From NCBI RefSeq assembly GCF_965203655.1, contig NZ_CBDBDD010000007.1, forward strand, positions 7,348 to 71,347: a stretch of 64,000 nucleotides of DNA. Reading direction: 5' to 3'. The notes under the pieces were generated by a model. It worked only from the letters and a program-made list of their open reading frames with translations, did not search any database and was not told the DNA's origin. Below, in pieces: positions 29,258-38,771 of the stretch; the first letter of the stretch is position 1, and every line of letters starts with the position of its first letter. Origin of the DNA: Candidatus Poriferisodalis sp. (GTDB lineage: Bacteria > Actinomycetota > Acidimicrobiia > Acidimicrobiales > Poriferisodalaceae). The translations under genes were made by a program, and so were the position numbers.

Positions 29258-30351
29258 GCCGCCGCAGCCGGGCGGTGGGCACTCACCCCGCGAGCCGGAC
29301 GTTCGTCGAGCAGATCCACGAGCGATTCCTGCCGGCACCTGCGCCCGAGCCGCGTGACGTGGCCGCGGCGGTGGACACCGCTGCGCCCCTGCTCGACCGC
29401 AACGACGCGGCCGAGCTCGTCTCGGAGGTGCTGGCCCGCCTGGCCGGCATCGGCCCGCTCGCGGACATCTGGTCCGACGACGAGGTGACCGAGGTGATGA
29501 TCAACGGTCCGGGGCCGATCACGATCGAACGGCGCGGCGGCCTGTCGGTGGTGGGCCGGATCAGCGCAGCCGAGGTGCATCGCCTGGTCGAGTACCTGCT
29601 GGGGCCGACGGGGCGGCGTGTGGACCGTCGCCTGCCCATGGTGGATGTTCGGCTCGACGACCGCACGCGCTGTCACATCGCCGTGCCGCCGGTTGCGGTG
29701 GACGGCCCGTACATCACGCTGCGGCGCTTTCCTGCCCACGTGCGCCAGCTCGACGAGCTGGCCGCGCCGCCCGAAGCAGCGTGCCTGCGCGGGCTCGTCG
29801 CGCAGCGTGCCAACCTGATCGTGTTCGGTCCCACCAGCACCGGCAAGACCTCGCTGCTGGCAAGCCTGCTGGCTGCGGTGGCTTCCTCCGAGCGACTGGT
29901 GGTCGTCGAGGAAGCCGCGGAGCTGCCGCGCCTGGGCGACGGCACCGTGCGGCTCGAGGGTCAGCCGCCCAATGTCGACGGGGTCGGTGCAGTGACCATG
30001 GCCGAGCTGGTGGTTGCGGCACTGCGGATGCGGCCCGATCGCCTGGTCATCGGCGAGGTGCGCGGCCCCGAGGCAGCGGCGTTGCTGCAGGCGCTCACGA
30101 CCGGGCATCGGGGCTCGGTGTCCACCCTGCACGCCGACGATCCGTCCCATGCGCTGTGGCGGCTCGAACAGCTCGCCCGGGCCGGCGGCGCAGTCGGCGA
30201 CGTGTCAAGCCATGTCGCGTCGGTCCTAGACGGTCTGGTCCACATGAGCCGCTGCGCCGACGGGCGCAGGACCGTCTCGGCGATCTACGAAGTACACGCC
30301 GATGGCTCGCTGCGTCGCACCGCGACCGGTGTGCAGGCCGTGGCCTCCTGA
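29254..30351 (+). CDS. tadA: Tad/Flp pilus secretion ATPase (TadA/CpaF family)
   Basis: Walker A GPTSTGKTS, LVVVEEAAEL, IGEVRGPEA, TGHRGSVSTLHA. Confidence 0.88.
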   Translation: MSRRSRAVGTHPASRTFVEQIHERFLPAPAPEPRDVAAAVDTAAPLLDRNDAAELVSEVLARLAGIGPLADIWSDDEVTEVMINGPGPITIERRGGLSVVGRISAAEVHRLVEYLLGPTGRRVDRRLPMVDVRLDDRTRCHIAVPPVAVDGPYITLRRFPAHVRQLDELAAPPEAACLRGLVAQRANLIVFGPTSTGKTSLLASLLAAVASSERLVVVEEAAELPRLGDGTVRLEGQPPNVDGVGAVTMAELVVAALRMRPDRLVIGEVRGPEAAALLQALTTGHRGSVSTLHADDPSHALWRLEQLARAGGAVGDVSSHVASVLDGLVHMSRCADGRRTVSAIYEVHADGSLRRTATGVQAVAS

Positions 30352-30366
30352 TGGGGGCGGCTGGGC

Positions 30367-31008
30367 GTGGTGCGGATCGTCGTGCTGCTGGCGCTGGCAG
30401 GGATGCTCACCTCGCCCGCCGCGCGCCGCCTGTACCGGACGAGGCGCCGCAGACGGCACGAGCGGGCTGCCCTCGCGGCGCGCTCGGAGCGCATGGGCGA
30501 CTTCTGCGCCGCGGTCTCGCGCCGGCTGGGCGGGGGAGACACGCTGCTGCAGGCGCTGGGCAACGCTGCGGCAGACGGTCCGATGTCGGGGCCGCTCGGC
30601 CGGATCACCGAAGAGCACGAGCGCGGGGTCACCCTCAGCCGTGCCGTGCAGCGCTGGGCCGCGCGCGAGCAAACCTCCGAAGCGGCGCTGCTGTCGACTG
30701 CGGTCACGCTGGCGTCGGACCGGGTGGGGGCCCAGCCGCAGCTGTTCGACCGCGTGGCGGCAACCAGCCGCGCGCGGGCCGACATGACCGCCGAGGCTCG
30801 AGTGCAAGCCGCTCAGGCGCGCGCGTCCATCTGGGTCGTCGCGGTGCTGCCGTGGGCGGTCGCGCTGGCGCTGCTGGCCGAAGGGGGCGCCGCCGCACGG
30901 GTGCTCACCTCGACGCCGCTGGGCTGGTTCTGCATCGGCGGGGCGCTGCTGGCAGAGCTGGCAGGCGTGGCGTGGATGCGCACCCTGGTCGGGCGGGCGC
31001 TGAGATGA
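30367..31008 (+). CDS. TadB-like inner-membrane pilus assembly protein
   Basis: Position after tadA, N- and C-terminal TM segments, and ATGA overlap with the next gene. Confidence 0.6.
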   Translation: MVRIVVLLALAGMLTSPAARRLYRTRRRRRHERAALAARSERMGDFCAAVSRRLGGGDTLLQALGNAAADGPMSGPLGRITEEHERGVTLSRAVQRWAAREQTSEAALLSTAVTLASDRVGAQPQLFDRVAATSRARADMTAEARVQAAQARASIWVVAVLPWAVALALLAEGGAAARVLTSTPLGWFCIGGALLAELAGVAWMRTLVGRALR

Positions 31009-31640
31009 GCGTGTTCTCCAGCGTCGTGCTGACGAATCCGGTGGTCGTCGGGGCGTTCGCCGCAGTCGCTGCCGGCTGGGCCGGTTTCGTCGTTCGGCCC
31101 GAGCCTGCTCGCCGCCGCACCCGGCTGCTCGCTCTCAGCGCCGATCGCGGCCCCGGCGGTGTCGGCGCCCCGCGGCCGCGCCCGACTCGGCTGCGCTCCG
31201 GCCCCCGGCCGGAGCGTGTGGCTGCCGAGCTGTCCGCGGTCGTCGAGGTGATGGGCGTGGCCTTGGCATCGGGTCTGTCGATCACGGCGTCGCTGCAGCT
31301 CGCACTGGCCCACTGCGACGCTGCACACGAGACCAGACACCGCCTCGCCGCCTCGCCGGACCGACCGCTGGACGAGGCCCTGGACGACTTCGGCAGCGCC
31401 TGCGGCCCGCGTGCCCGGGCGTTCGCCGAAGCAGTCTCGGGCTCGCTGCGCACCGGCATCCCGCTCGCGCCCGAGCTGGACCGTCTCGGGCGCGAGCTGC
31501 GCGAGGACATGCGCCGCCGCCTCGAGCACCGGGTGCGCCGCCTGCCGGTGCTGTTGCTGTTCCCCCTGGTGCTGTGCGTGCTGCCGGCGCTCGGGCTGGT
31601 CGCGATCGTGCCCGTGCTGGTCGCTGCGTTCGGCGCGTGA
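31005..31640 (+). CDS. TadC-like inner-membrane pilus assembly protein
   Basis: The last 211 codons of ORF 29781..31640 start at ATG 31005. TM at both ends (LPVLLLFPLVLCVLPALGLVAIVPVLVAAF). Confidence 0.6.
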   Translation: MSVFSSVVLTNPVVVGAFAAVAAGWAGFVVRPEPARRRTRLLALSADRGPGGVGAPRPRPTRLRSGPRPERVAAELSAVVEVMGVALASGLSITASLQLALAHCDAAHETRHRLAASPDRPLDEALDDFGSACGPRARAFAEAVSGSLRTGIPLAPELDRLGRELREDMRRRLEHRVRRLPVLLLFPLVLCVLPALGLVAIVPVLVAAFGA

Positions 31641-31670
31641 ATCACGCATTGCCCCATCCCCCTACCGCCA

Positions 31671-31928
31671 ATGACACATCCCACAGGAGCTCCCATGACC
31701 GTCACACCCGCAACACCCCTCACACCCGTCACATCCCATCGACGCACGCACCGGCTCGCGCCGGCCCAAAATGCCGACGAATCCGGCCAGACCACCGCCG
31801 AGTACGCGCTGCTCACCGGGGCCATCGCCCTGCTGGTCGCGGCAGTCACTGCCTGGGCCACCAGCACCGGCAAGATCGGCCGCCTGCTCGACGCCGTCTT
31901 CAACTACCTGACGAAAGCCATCTCCTGA
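31671..31928 (+). CDS. flp: Flp/Fap-family prepilin
   Basis: G-QTTAEY-ALLTGAIALLVAAV matches the Flp GxxxxEY processing motif plus hydrophobic stem. The start may instead be ATG 31695. Confidence 0.65.
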   Translation: MTHPTGAPMTVTPATPLTPVTSHRRTHRLAPAQNADESGQTTAEYALLTGAIALLVAAVTAWATSTGKIGRLLDAVFNYLTKAIS

Positions 31929-32308
31929 CCACGACGCAGCCGGCGCAACCCGAGGCGCAGCAGGGCCAGGCCACCGTCGAGCTGGCGCTGCTCATGCCGT
32001 TCTTGGTGCTGCTGCTCATGTGCATCATCCAGACGGCACTCGTCGCCCGCGACGCCGTGCTGGTGTCACATGCCGCGCGGGTGGGTGCGCGCATCGCCAG
32101 CGTCGATCAGTCGCTCAGCGGCATCCGCAGCGCCGTGACGGAGGCGACGCCGCTCGACCCGGCGCGCCTCGACGTCGGGCGGGAGGTGGCTGGCGACCTC
32201 GTACGCGTCACGGTGCAGTACCGCTCCCCGACCGAGGTCCCGCTGGTCGGGGCCCTCGTCGGCGATGTCGGCCTCACCGAATCGGCCGCGATGCCCATCG
32301 AGCGCTGA
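31925..32308 (+). CDS. TadE-like pseudopilin / pilus assembly protein (start codon unresolved)
   Basis: GQATVELALLMPFLVLLLMCIIQ is a TadE N-terminal motif. There is no ATG/GTG/TTG between the Flp gene and this motif, and CTG 31925 is the nearest in-frame candidate. Confidence 0.5.
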   Translation: MTTTQPAQPEAQQGQATVELALLMPFLVLLLMCIIQTALVARDAVLVSHAARVGARIASVDQSLSGIRSAVTEATPLDPARLDVGREVAGDLVRVTVQYRSPTEVPLVGALVGDVGLTESAAMPIER

Positions 32309-32507
32309 TTTGTTGCTGAGTTCTGCCAGCGTTCTGCCGGCGTTCTGACAACCCGCTGCGCTCCATCAGCGGCGACGTTGCACGGCGCCGAAATTGCCGC
32401 TTGCGCATGTCACACCCATGGGGTTCAATGGCAAGTCACACACCTGTAATTACAGATCAGGAAGCTCGACACCTGCACACCTGTCGAGAAACTGCCCGGG
32501 AGGATCA

Positions 32508-32786
32508 ATGGCATTCGCAACTGAAGAAGACGTCGACGTATCAGAAGGGAACTGGTGGGACCAGGCCAACTGCCTCGGCGTCGATCCCGACCTGTTCTTT
32601 CCCGAGCGCGGGGCCAGCACACGCGAGGCCAAGGCCGTCTGCCGTGGCTGCATCGTGAGCGACGACTGCCTCGAGTACGCGCTGCAGAACAGCGAGAAGT
32701 TCGGCATCTGGGGCGGCATGAGCGAGCGTGAGCGCCGTCGGGTCCGCCGCCAGCGGGCGCTCACGAGACGAGCCGCCGCCGGCTGA
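32508..32786 (+). CDS. WhiB-family Fe-S transcription factor
   Basis: ANCLG...CRGCIVSDDC and GIWGG. ATG 32508 follows GGGAGGA. Confidence 0.88.
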   Translation: MAFATEEDVDVSEGNWWDQANCLGVDPDLFFPERGASTREAKAVCRGCIVSDDCLEYALQNSEKFGIWGGMSERERRRVRRQRALTRRAAAG

Positions 32787-32859
32787 CGCCTCTCGGCTGC
32801 ATCAAGCCGGTGAGTCCAGCCGGCTCTCCGTCTGAGCGAGCACTGGTACGCTCGCGAGC

Positions 32860-33057
32860 GTGATGGCGATCGCGCTCGGGCCTCCCGAACTGCTCATCCT
32901 TCTCATCATCGTGCTGGTGCTCTTCGGCGGAGCCAAGCTGCCCAAGCTGGCTCGCTCGCTGGGTCAGGCACAGCGCGAGTTCCGCGAAGGTGTCAACGAC
33001 GAGGACAAGGAAGCCGGCGGCAGCTCATCGAGCGACTCCAAGTCCAAGGACGCCTGA
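32860..33057 (+). CDS. tatA: Twin-arginine translocase subunit TatA/E
   Basis: ELLILLIIVLVLFGGAKLPKLARSLGQAQREFREG. Confidence 0.85.
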   Translation: MMAIALGPPELLILLIIVLVLFGGAKLPKLARSLGQAQREFREGVNDEDKEAGGSSSSDSKSKDA

Positions 33058-33058
33058 G

Positions 33059-33370
33059 TCAGGCGGCCCTGGCCGCACGACGACGGTCTCGCAGTATCCG
33101 GCGGCGCTGCCGTTCTGAGGTGCCGCCCCACACGCCGTGGGTGATGTTGTTGGCGAGCGCGTACTCGCGGCAGGGGTCCTTCACCGGGCACTCGGCGCAC
33201 ACCTTCTGAGCAGCGATCACGCCGGCGCCGTCATTGGGGAAGAAGACGTTCGGATCGATGTCGGCGCAATTGCGTCGTGTGACCCACTCGGCCGCGACGC
33301 TCTCGGAGCCCGGGCCTGGACATATCTGCGGTTGGTATATCGGATTGACCTGCAACATCATGAGAACCAA
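33059..33370 (-). CDS. WhiB-family Fe-S transcription factor
   Basis: RRNCADIDP...CAECPVKDPC and GVWGG. Start uncertain within the first ~6 codons. Confidence 0.85.
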   Translation of the reverse strand: MVLMMLQVNPIYQPQICPGPGSESVAAEWVTRRNCADIDPNVFFPNDGAGVIAAQKVCAECPVKDPCREYALANNITHGVWGGTSERQRRRILRDRRRAARAA

Positions 33371-33501
33371 CGCCGCAGGACCCCGTCCGGTTCCCCGTTG
33401 AGCCGACTTTCATCAAACTTTCATGTTGAGACCGTCGTTGAAGCCGTCGGACCGGCCGGTCTCAGTACCCTTCCCGTCGGCCCCGACACAAGAGGAACTC
33501 C

Positions 33502-33786
33502 GTGTCCGACATCGCCACCGAAGAAGAGCAGCTCCCCCCTGAGGTCGGCATCCGCATCGTGTACCTGGGACCCGTCGCTCCCCACTGGGAGATCGAGGGG
33601 ATCTACGGCGACCAGGCCGCCGTCGAGGAGTTCAGCCGCCGCACCAACGCACGCCTGCAGCTGCTGCCGCCCCACGATCCGCAGTTCCGCCGCAACCGCG
33701 AGCGGGTCGTGCGCGACGCCGAGCGAGAGAACTACGAGCTGCACTGGGATCTGGGCATGCCCGAGGACGAAGAAGACGCTGAGTAG
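33502..33786 (+). CDS. Hypothetical acidic protein (94 aa)
   Basis: GTG 33502 follows AGAGGA. Coding-like codon bias. No recognisable family. Confidence 0.5.
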   Translation: MSDIATEEEQLPPEVGIRIVYLGPVAPHWEIEGIYGDQAAVEEFSRRTNARLQLLPPHDPQFRRNRERVVRDAERENYELHWDLGMPEDEEDAE

Positions 33787-33824
33787 TTCAGTCGGGTAGT
33801 TCAGTCAGGCAGCCCCGTCGAGCA

Positions 33825-33868
33825 GTTCACCGGTTGTTCACGGCATCCGTGGCGACCGTTCACCCCGA
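33825..33868 (+). promoter_or_regulatory. PHO box: four phased 11-nt direct repeat units upstream of pstS
   Basis: GTTCACCGGTT / GTTCACGGCAT / CCGTGGCGACC / GTTCACCCCGA, contiguous with an 11-nt period, ending 42 nt upstream of the pstS ATG. Matches the actinobacterial GTTCAC-type PhoP/RegX3 repeat unit. Confidence 0.55.
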
Positions 33869-33909
33869 ACCCGCGCTGCTGTCACCGGCCGTTCGTAGCG
33901 TGCGCGGAC

Positions 33910-35040
33910 ATGCGAAAGACCCCCCAGTCATCCCGCCGCGGCACGAAGCTGCTCGTGGCATTGCTCACTGCGTTCGCTCTGGTAGCCGCTGCGTGCGGCA
34001 GCGACGACGACTCGTCTGACGACGGCGCCGCCAGCGCAGCTGCAACGACAGCAGCGGCTCCCGCCGCGACCCAGGCCCCTGCAGCCGACGATTCGGGCGA
34101 CGAGATGGCCGACTCGATCAGCGGCTCCATCGACGTCACCGGCTCCTCGACGGTCGAGCCCGTCACCAACCTGCTGGCAGAGGCGTTCTCCGAGAGGCAC
34201 CCAGACGTGGCGTTCTCGGTCGCAGGCCCCGGCTCGGGCGACGGTCACAAGGCCGCAGCGGCAGGCGAAGTGCCCATCTGGAACAGCTCCCGCCAGATCA
34301 AGGACTCCGAGGCCGAAGACATCAGCGCCGCCGGCATCGAGTTCATCGAGCTGCGCGTCGGCATCGACGGCATCTCGGTGATCACCGCCGCCAGCAACGA
34401 CTCGGTCGACTGCCTCAGCTTCGAAGACCTCTACAGCTTGGTCGGCATCGAGTCGACCGGATTCAGCTCGTGGGCAGATGCCAACAGCCTGAACGCCGAG
34501 CTGGGCGGCACCGGCCCGTTCGGGCACGGCGCTCTGGAGATCTTCGCCCCGGGCGAGGAGTCGGGCACCTTCGACAGCTTCATCGAGATCGCCCTCGAGG
34601 GCGTGTGGGAGCACCGTGTCGAAGAGGGCCATGCTGACGAGAACTTCGCCGTGCGTCCCGACTACAACGCCTCGGCCAATGACAACGTGATCATCGACGG
34701 CATCGCCGGCAACCAGTCCAGCCTCGGCTGGGTGGGCTTCGCCTTCGCCGACGAGAACCGCGACAAAGTGAAGCTGGTGGAGGTCGACGGCGGCGACGGC
34801 TGCGTGGCGCCGACGCCCCAGACCATCGCCTCGGCCGAGTTCCCGATCGCCCGCTTCCTGTACACCTACATCGACGCTGCGCAGGCCTCCGACCCCGCCA
34901 TCAAGGCGTTCGTCGACTTCATGCTGAGCGACGAGGGCCAGACCTACGTGGTCGACGCCGGCTACGTCAACCTCGACCCTGCCGACCTCGAGCAGTCGCG
35001 CAGCAACTGGGTCAACCTGACCACCGGCAAGACCTTCTAG
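33910..35040 (+). CDS. pstS: Phosphate ABC transporter substrate-binding lipoprotein
   Basis: Lipobox LVAAACG, GSIDVTGSSTVEPV, and pstCAB downstream. Confidence 0.9.
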   Translation: MRKTPQSSRRGTKLLVALLTAFALVAAACGSDDDSSDDGAASAAATTAAAPAATQAPAADDSGDEMADSISGSIDVTGSSTVEPVTNLLAEAFSERHPDVAFSVAGPGSGDGHKAAAAGEVPIWNSSRQIKDSEAEDISAAGIEFIELRVGIDGISVITAASNDSVDCLSFEDLYSLVGIESTGFSSWADANSLNAELGGTGPFGHGALEIFAPGEESGTFDSFIEIALEGVWEHRVEEGHADENFAVRPDYNASANDNVIIDGIAGNQSSLGWVGFAFADENRDKVKLVEVDGGDGCVAPTPQTIASAEFPIARFLYTYIDAAQASDPAIKAFVDFMLSDEGQTYVVDAGYVNLDPADLEQSRSNWVNLTTGKTF

Positions 35041-35090
35041 CCGCACGCAGGTCCAGCCCGCAGATCCGGGACCCCTCCCTCCCGCTGATG

Positions 35091-35126
35091 GTCCCCCTCA
35101 GGTGCACCGAAGTTCCTGAGGGGGAC
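35091..35126 (+). terminator. 12-bp stem-loop between pstS and pstC (attenuator or partial terminator)
   Basis: GTCCCCCTCAGG-12 nt loop-CCTGAGGGGGAC followed by ATCGGCGGGTTTCT. Confidence 0.5.
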
Positions 35127-35143
35127 ATCGGCGGGTTTCTAGA

Positions 35144-36088
35144 ATGACACCGCCCATGCCACCGGACACCTCCAACCTGAGCGTCGCCGACTTGCGGACA
35201 TCGGCAGGCCGGCGGGCCTGGTCGGCCGGGGCACGCTGGGCCTTCGCGCTCGCGGCCCTCGCCACCGTGCTGGTGAGCGCACTCATCATCTGGACGGTCG
35301 CGTCGGGGGCGTGGACGTTCATCAGCCAGGTGCCCTTCGACAATCTGACCGAGATCGGCTGGTTCCCCCGCCGGGGCCTGTTCGACCTCAGCACCTTGCT
35401 GGTCAACTCGGTGCAGATCTCCGTCATCGCCATGCTGGTGGCAGTGCCGTCGGGCTTCGGCGCTGCGATCTACCTCTCCGAATACGCGCATCCCAAGGTG
35501 CGCAAGGTGATGAAGCCCACCCTCGAGCTGCTGGCCAGCGTGCCCAGCGTCGTGCTCGGCGTGTTCGCCATCAGCTTCATCACCCCGTCGATCCTCACCA
35601 ACTTCTTCAACGAGATCAACTTCTTCAACAAGCTGGCGGCGGGCATCGCGGTCGGCCTGCTGGTGATCCCGCTGATCGCCTCCATCTCCGAGGACGCCCT
35701 GCGGGCAGTGCCCTTGGCGCTGCGGGAAGCCTCCTCGGGTCTCGGCGCCCGCAAGGTCACCACCTCGATCCGGGTGGTGCTGCCCGCCGCGATGTCGGGC
35801 CTGATGGCGGCCATCATCGTCGGCTTCAGCCGCGCCATCGGCGAGACGATGGTGGTCACGATGGCGTCGGGCGGCGGCGACACCTCGCTGTTCAATCTGG
35901 CGCTCACCGAATCCGGCGGCACCTTCACCTCCGCGATGGCGGCGCTCGGCCTCGGCACCGACCAGGTGGCCGGCAACAACTTGGCGTTCCAGAGTCTCTA
36001 CTTCCTGGGCGCGCTGCTGTTCGCCATCACGCTGGTGCTCAACATGCTCGGCGATCTCATCGTCCGCCGACTGCAGAACAAGTACTGA
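35144..36088 (+). CDS. pstC: Phosphate ABC transporter permease PstC
   Basis: Multi-TM; EAA-like region ALREASSGLGARKVTT. Confidence 0.9.
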   Translation: MTPPMPPDTSNLSVADLRTSAGRRAWSAGARWAFALAALATVLVSALIIWTVASGAWTFISQVPFDNLTEIGWFPRRGLFDLSTLLVNSVQISVIAMLVAVPSGFGAAIYLSEYAHPKVRKVMKPTLELLASVPSVVLGVFAISFITPSILTNFFNEINFFNKLAAGIAVGLLVIPLIASISEDALRAVPLALREASSGLGARKVTTSIRVVLPAAMSGLMAAIIVGFSRAIGETMVVTMASGGGDTSLFNLALTESGGTFTSAMAALGLGTDQVAGNNLAFQSLYFLGALLFAITLVLNMLGDLIVRRLQNKY

Positions 36089-36101
36089 TGGCTCCGTTGA
36101 C

Positions 36102-37040
36102 ATGACCGTTCTCACGACACCTGCAGGCATCGCCACCGGCGCAGCCGACGCCCTGCGCAAGCGCCCCGGCGCCGATGTGGCCGGCTCGGCCTTCAAGTGG
36201 CTGCTCATCGGCGCCACCGTGTTCGCCACGGGCTTTCTGGCGGTGCTGCTCGCCGTGATGATCGTGGACGGCTGGGATGTGCTGTCGGGCAACCTGTGGT
36301 ACTTCCTCACCCACGGCTTCTCCCAGCGCTCTGCCGGCGAGGCCGGCGTGTGGCAGGGCATCCTCGGCAGCCTGCAGGTGGCGCTGGTGACCGGGGTGTT
36401 CGCGATCCCGACCGGCGTAGCCACGGCCATCTACCTCGTCGAGTACGCACAGGGCAACCGCTTCGCCCGCATCGTCGAGCTGAACATCCGCAACTTGGCC
36501 GGCGTGCCCTCGATCGTGTACGGGCTGCTGGGCCTGGCGGTGTTCGCTCAGACGCTGCGGGGATTCAGCGGTGGCACCACCGCGATTGCAGGCGGGATGA
36601 CGCTGGCGGCGATGGTGCTGCCGATCGTGGTGATCACCTCGGTGGAGGCGCTCAAGGCTGTGCCGGACTCGCTGCGCGAAGCCGCCTACGGTGTGGGGGC
36701 CACCAAGTGGGAGGTGCTCTCACGCCAGGTTCTGCCCGCGGCACTGTCCACGATTCTCACCGGCACGGTGCTGGCGCTGGCGCGCGCCCTGGGCGAGGCC
36801 GCCCCGCTGATCTTGGTGGGGGCTGCGACCGGCTTCATGAGCTTCGGCGACGCCAACGTGTTCGAGACCTTCACCGGGCCCTACACGGCGCTGCCGGTGC
36901 TGATCTTCAACTTCGCCCGCCAGCCCGGAGCGGACTGGGGGGTGAACGCCGCCGCGGCGAGCGTCATCATCCTGGTGCTGGTGCTCGCAGTGAACGGCTT
37001 GGCTATCTATCTTCGCAACCGATTCGAGAAGCAGTGGTGA
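36102..37040 (+). CDS. pstA: Phosphate ABC transporter permease PstA
   Basis: Multi-[18 protein letters not shown]. Confidence 0.9.
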   Translation: MTVLTTPAGIATGAADALRKRPGADVAGSAFKWLLIGATVFATGFLAVLLAVMIVDGWDVLSGNLWYFLTHGFSQRSAGEAGVWQGILGSLQVALVTGVFAIPTGVATAIYLVEYAQGNRFARIVELNIRNLAGVPSIVYGLLGLAVFAQTLRGFSGGTTAIAGGMTLAAMVLPIVVITSVEALKAVPDSLREAAYGVGATKWEVLSRQVLPAALSTILTGTVLALARALGEAAPLILVGAATGFMSFGDANVFETFTGPYTALPVLIFNFARQPGADWGVNAAAASVIILVLVLAVNGLAIYLRNRFEKQW

Positions 37041-37059
37041 TGACACAGGTGGCGCCTTC

Positions 37060-38016
37060 ATGACACCCGAAGAGGCCGTGATGACCCAAGAGTCCGACGC
37101 ATCAATGCCCGACGTGGCCCAATCCGGTGTGAGCGGGCCCGGTGTGAGCGAGCCGGGCGCGGTCGTCGACGGCATGACATCGCCTGGGCCGCGCATTGAC
37201 GTGAGCGGTGCGGCGATGGGACACACCCGCGCCGACACCCAGACGGTGTTCCGCTGTGACGACGTGCACGTGTACTACACCGACTTCCTCGCCTTGCGCG
37301 ACGTCTCGCTCGACATCGCTGCGCACGAGGTGACGGCGTTCATCGGTCCCTCGGGCTGCGGCAAGACGACGTTCCTGCGCTGCTTCAACCGCATGAACGA
37401 CCTCATCGAGGGCGCCCGGGTGGAGGGCTCGATCAACTACCACGGTGTCGAGCTGTACCAGGACGAGGTCGACCCGGTCGAGGTGCGCCGCCGGGTGGGC
37501 ATGGTGTTCCAGAAGCCCAACCCGTTCCCCAAGTCGATCTACGACAACATCGCCTACGGCCCGAGGCTGGCGGGCGCCAAGCGGTCCGAGCTCGACGACA
37601 TCGTGGAGCGCTCGCTGACACGGGCGGCGCTGTGGGACGAGGTGCGCGACCGGCTCAAAACATCGGCCTACGGCCTGTCGGGCGGCCAGCAGCAGCGGCT
37701 GTGCATCGCCCGGGCCATTGCGGTGCAGCCCGACGTGGTGCTGATGGATGAGCCCTGCTCGGCGCTCGACCCGATCGCCACCGGCCGCATCGAGGAGCTC
37801 ATCGCCGAGCTGAAGACCGAGTACACGATCATCATCGTCACCCACAACATGCAGCAGGCCGCCCGCATCAGCGACATGACGGCGTTCTTCTCGGTGCAGG
37901 CGAATGAGATGGGCCAGCGCACCGGCGAGCTGGTCGAGTACGCACCCACCAGCCTGATCTTCACCAATCCCGACGATCCCCGAACCGAGGCCTACATCAC
38001 CGGGCGGGTGGGCTGA
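37060..38016 (+). CDS. pstB: Phosphate ABC transporter ATP-binding protein PstB
   Basis: [36 protein letters not shown]. The ~52-aa N-terminal extension is doubtful (alternative ATG 37081 or 37216). Confidence 0.9.
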   Translation: MTPEEAVMTQESDASMPDVAQSGVSGPGVSEPGAVVDGMTSPGPRIDVSGAAMGHTRADTQTVFRCDDVHVYYTDFLALRDVSLDIAAHEVTAFIGPSGCGKTTFLRCFNRMNDLIEGARVEGSINYHGVELYQDEVDPVEVRRRVGMVFQKPNPFPKSIYDNIAYGPRLAGAKRSELDDIVERSLTRAALWDEVRDRLKTSAYGLSGGQQQRLCIARAIAVQPDVVLMDEPCSALDPIATGRIEELIAELKTEYTIIIVTHNMQQAARISDMTAFFSVQANEMGQRTGELVEYAPTSLIFTNPDDPRTEAYITGRVG

Positions 38017-38063
38017 GCCGCAGAACAGCGACCGGGCAGCGCAGATACGCCACACTGCATGAC

Positions 38064-38771
38064 ATGACCGAAGAAGTACGGACCGAGTTCCATCAGCTGA
38101 TGGACGAGGTTCGTGCCGATCTCGTGCAGATGGGCGGCATGGTGGCCGAGGGCATCTCGGCGGTGACAGCCGCACTGCTCGCGGGCGACATCGGCGGGGC
38201 CGACCAGATCATCGCCGCAGACGACGAGCTTGACCTGCTCAGCATCGAGACCGAGGAGAAGTGCGTCCGGCTGCTGGCGCTGCAGCAGCCGGTGGCGGTG
38301 GACCTGCGCACGATCCTGACCGACCTGCGGATGATCTCCGAGATCGAGCGCAGCGGCGACTTGGTCACCAACATCGCCAAGGCGGTGGCGCGGCTGCACG
38401 GCGCCGAGCTCGAGCCGCGGGTGCGGGGCCTCATCGACCGGATGCGCCAGCAGGCGGTGAAGCTGACGGCGATGGCCATGGATGCCTACGCCGAGCGCGA
38501 CGCCGGCCTGGCGTCGGTGCTCAACGACATGGACGACGTGCTCGACGACCTGCACAACGAGTACATCGTGTCGGTGTTCGCGTCGCACGAGCTCGGCAAG
38601 ATCGAGATCCAGCACGCCGTGCAGCTCGCAGTGGTGGGCCGCTTCTACGAGCGCATCGGCGACCACGCGGTCAACGTCGCGGAGCGGGTCGAGTTCTTGG
38701 TGACCGGGGAGCTGCCCGAGCACCTGGGTGCTAACCGGGCCCGGGCCCGGCGGGAGCAGGACGAGATGTGA
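38064..38771 (+). CDS. phoU: Phosphate signalling complex protein PhoU
   Basis: Two PhoU repeats (ERSGDLVTNIA and ERIGDHAVNVAE). Confidence 0.9.
   Translation: MTEEVRTEFHQLMDEVRADLVQMGGMVAEGISAVTAALLAGDIGGADQIIAADDELDLLSIETEEKCVRLLALQQPVAVDLRTILTDLRMISEIERSGDLVTNIAKAVARLHGAELEPRVRGLIDRMRQQAVKLTAMAMDAYAERDAGLASVLNDMDDVLDDLHNEYIVSVFASHELGKIEIQHAVQLAVVGRFYERIGDHAVNVAERVEFLVTGELPEHLGANRARARREQDEM

Noticed and set aside
29781-31004. First ~408 codons of the 619-aa ORF 29781..31640
   Set aside because: The translation is Arg/Gly/Ala-rich and overlaps the tadA and tadB-like genes. Only the last 211 codons from ATG 31005 have membrane-protein character and ATGA coupling.
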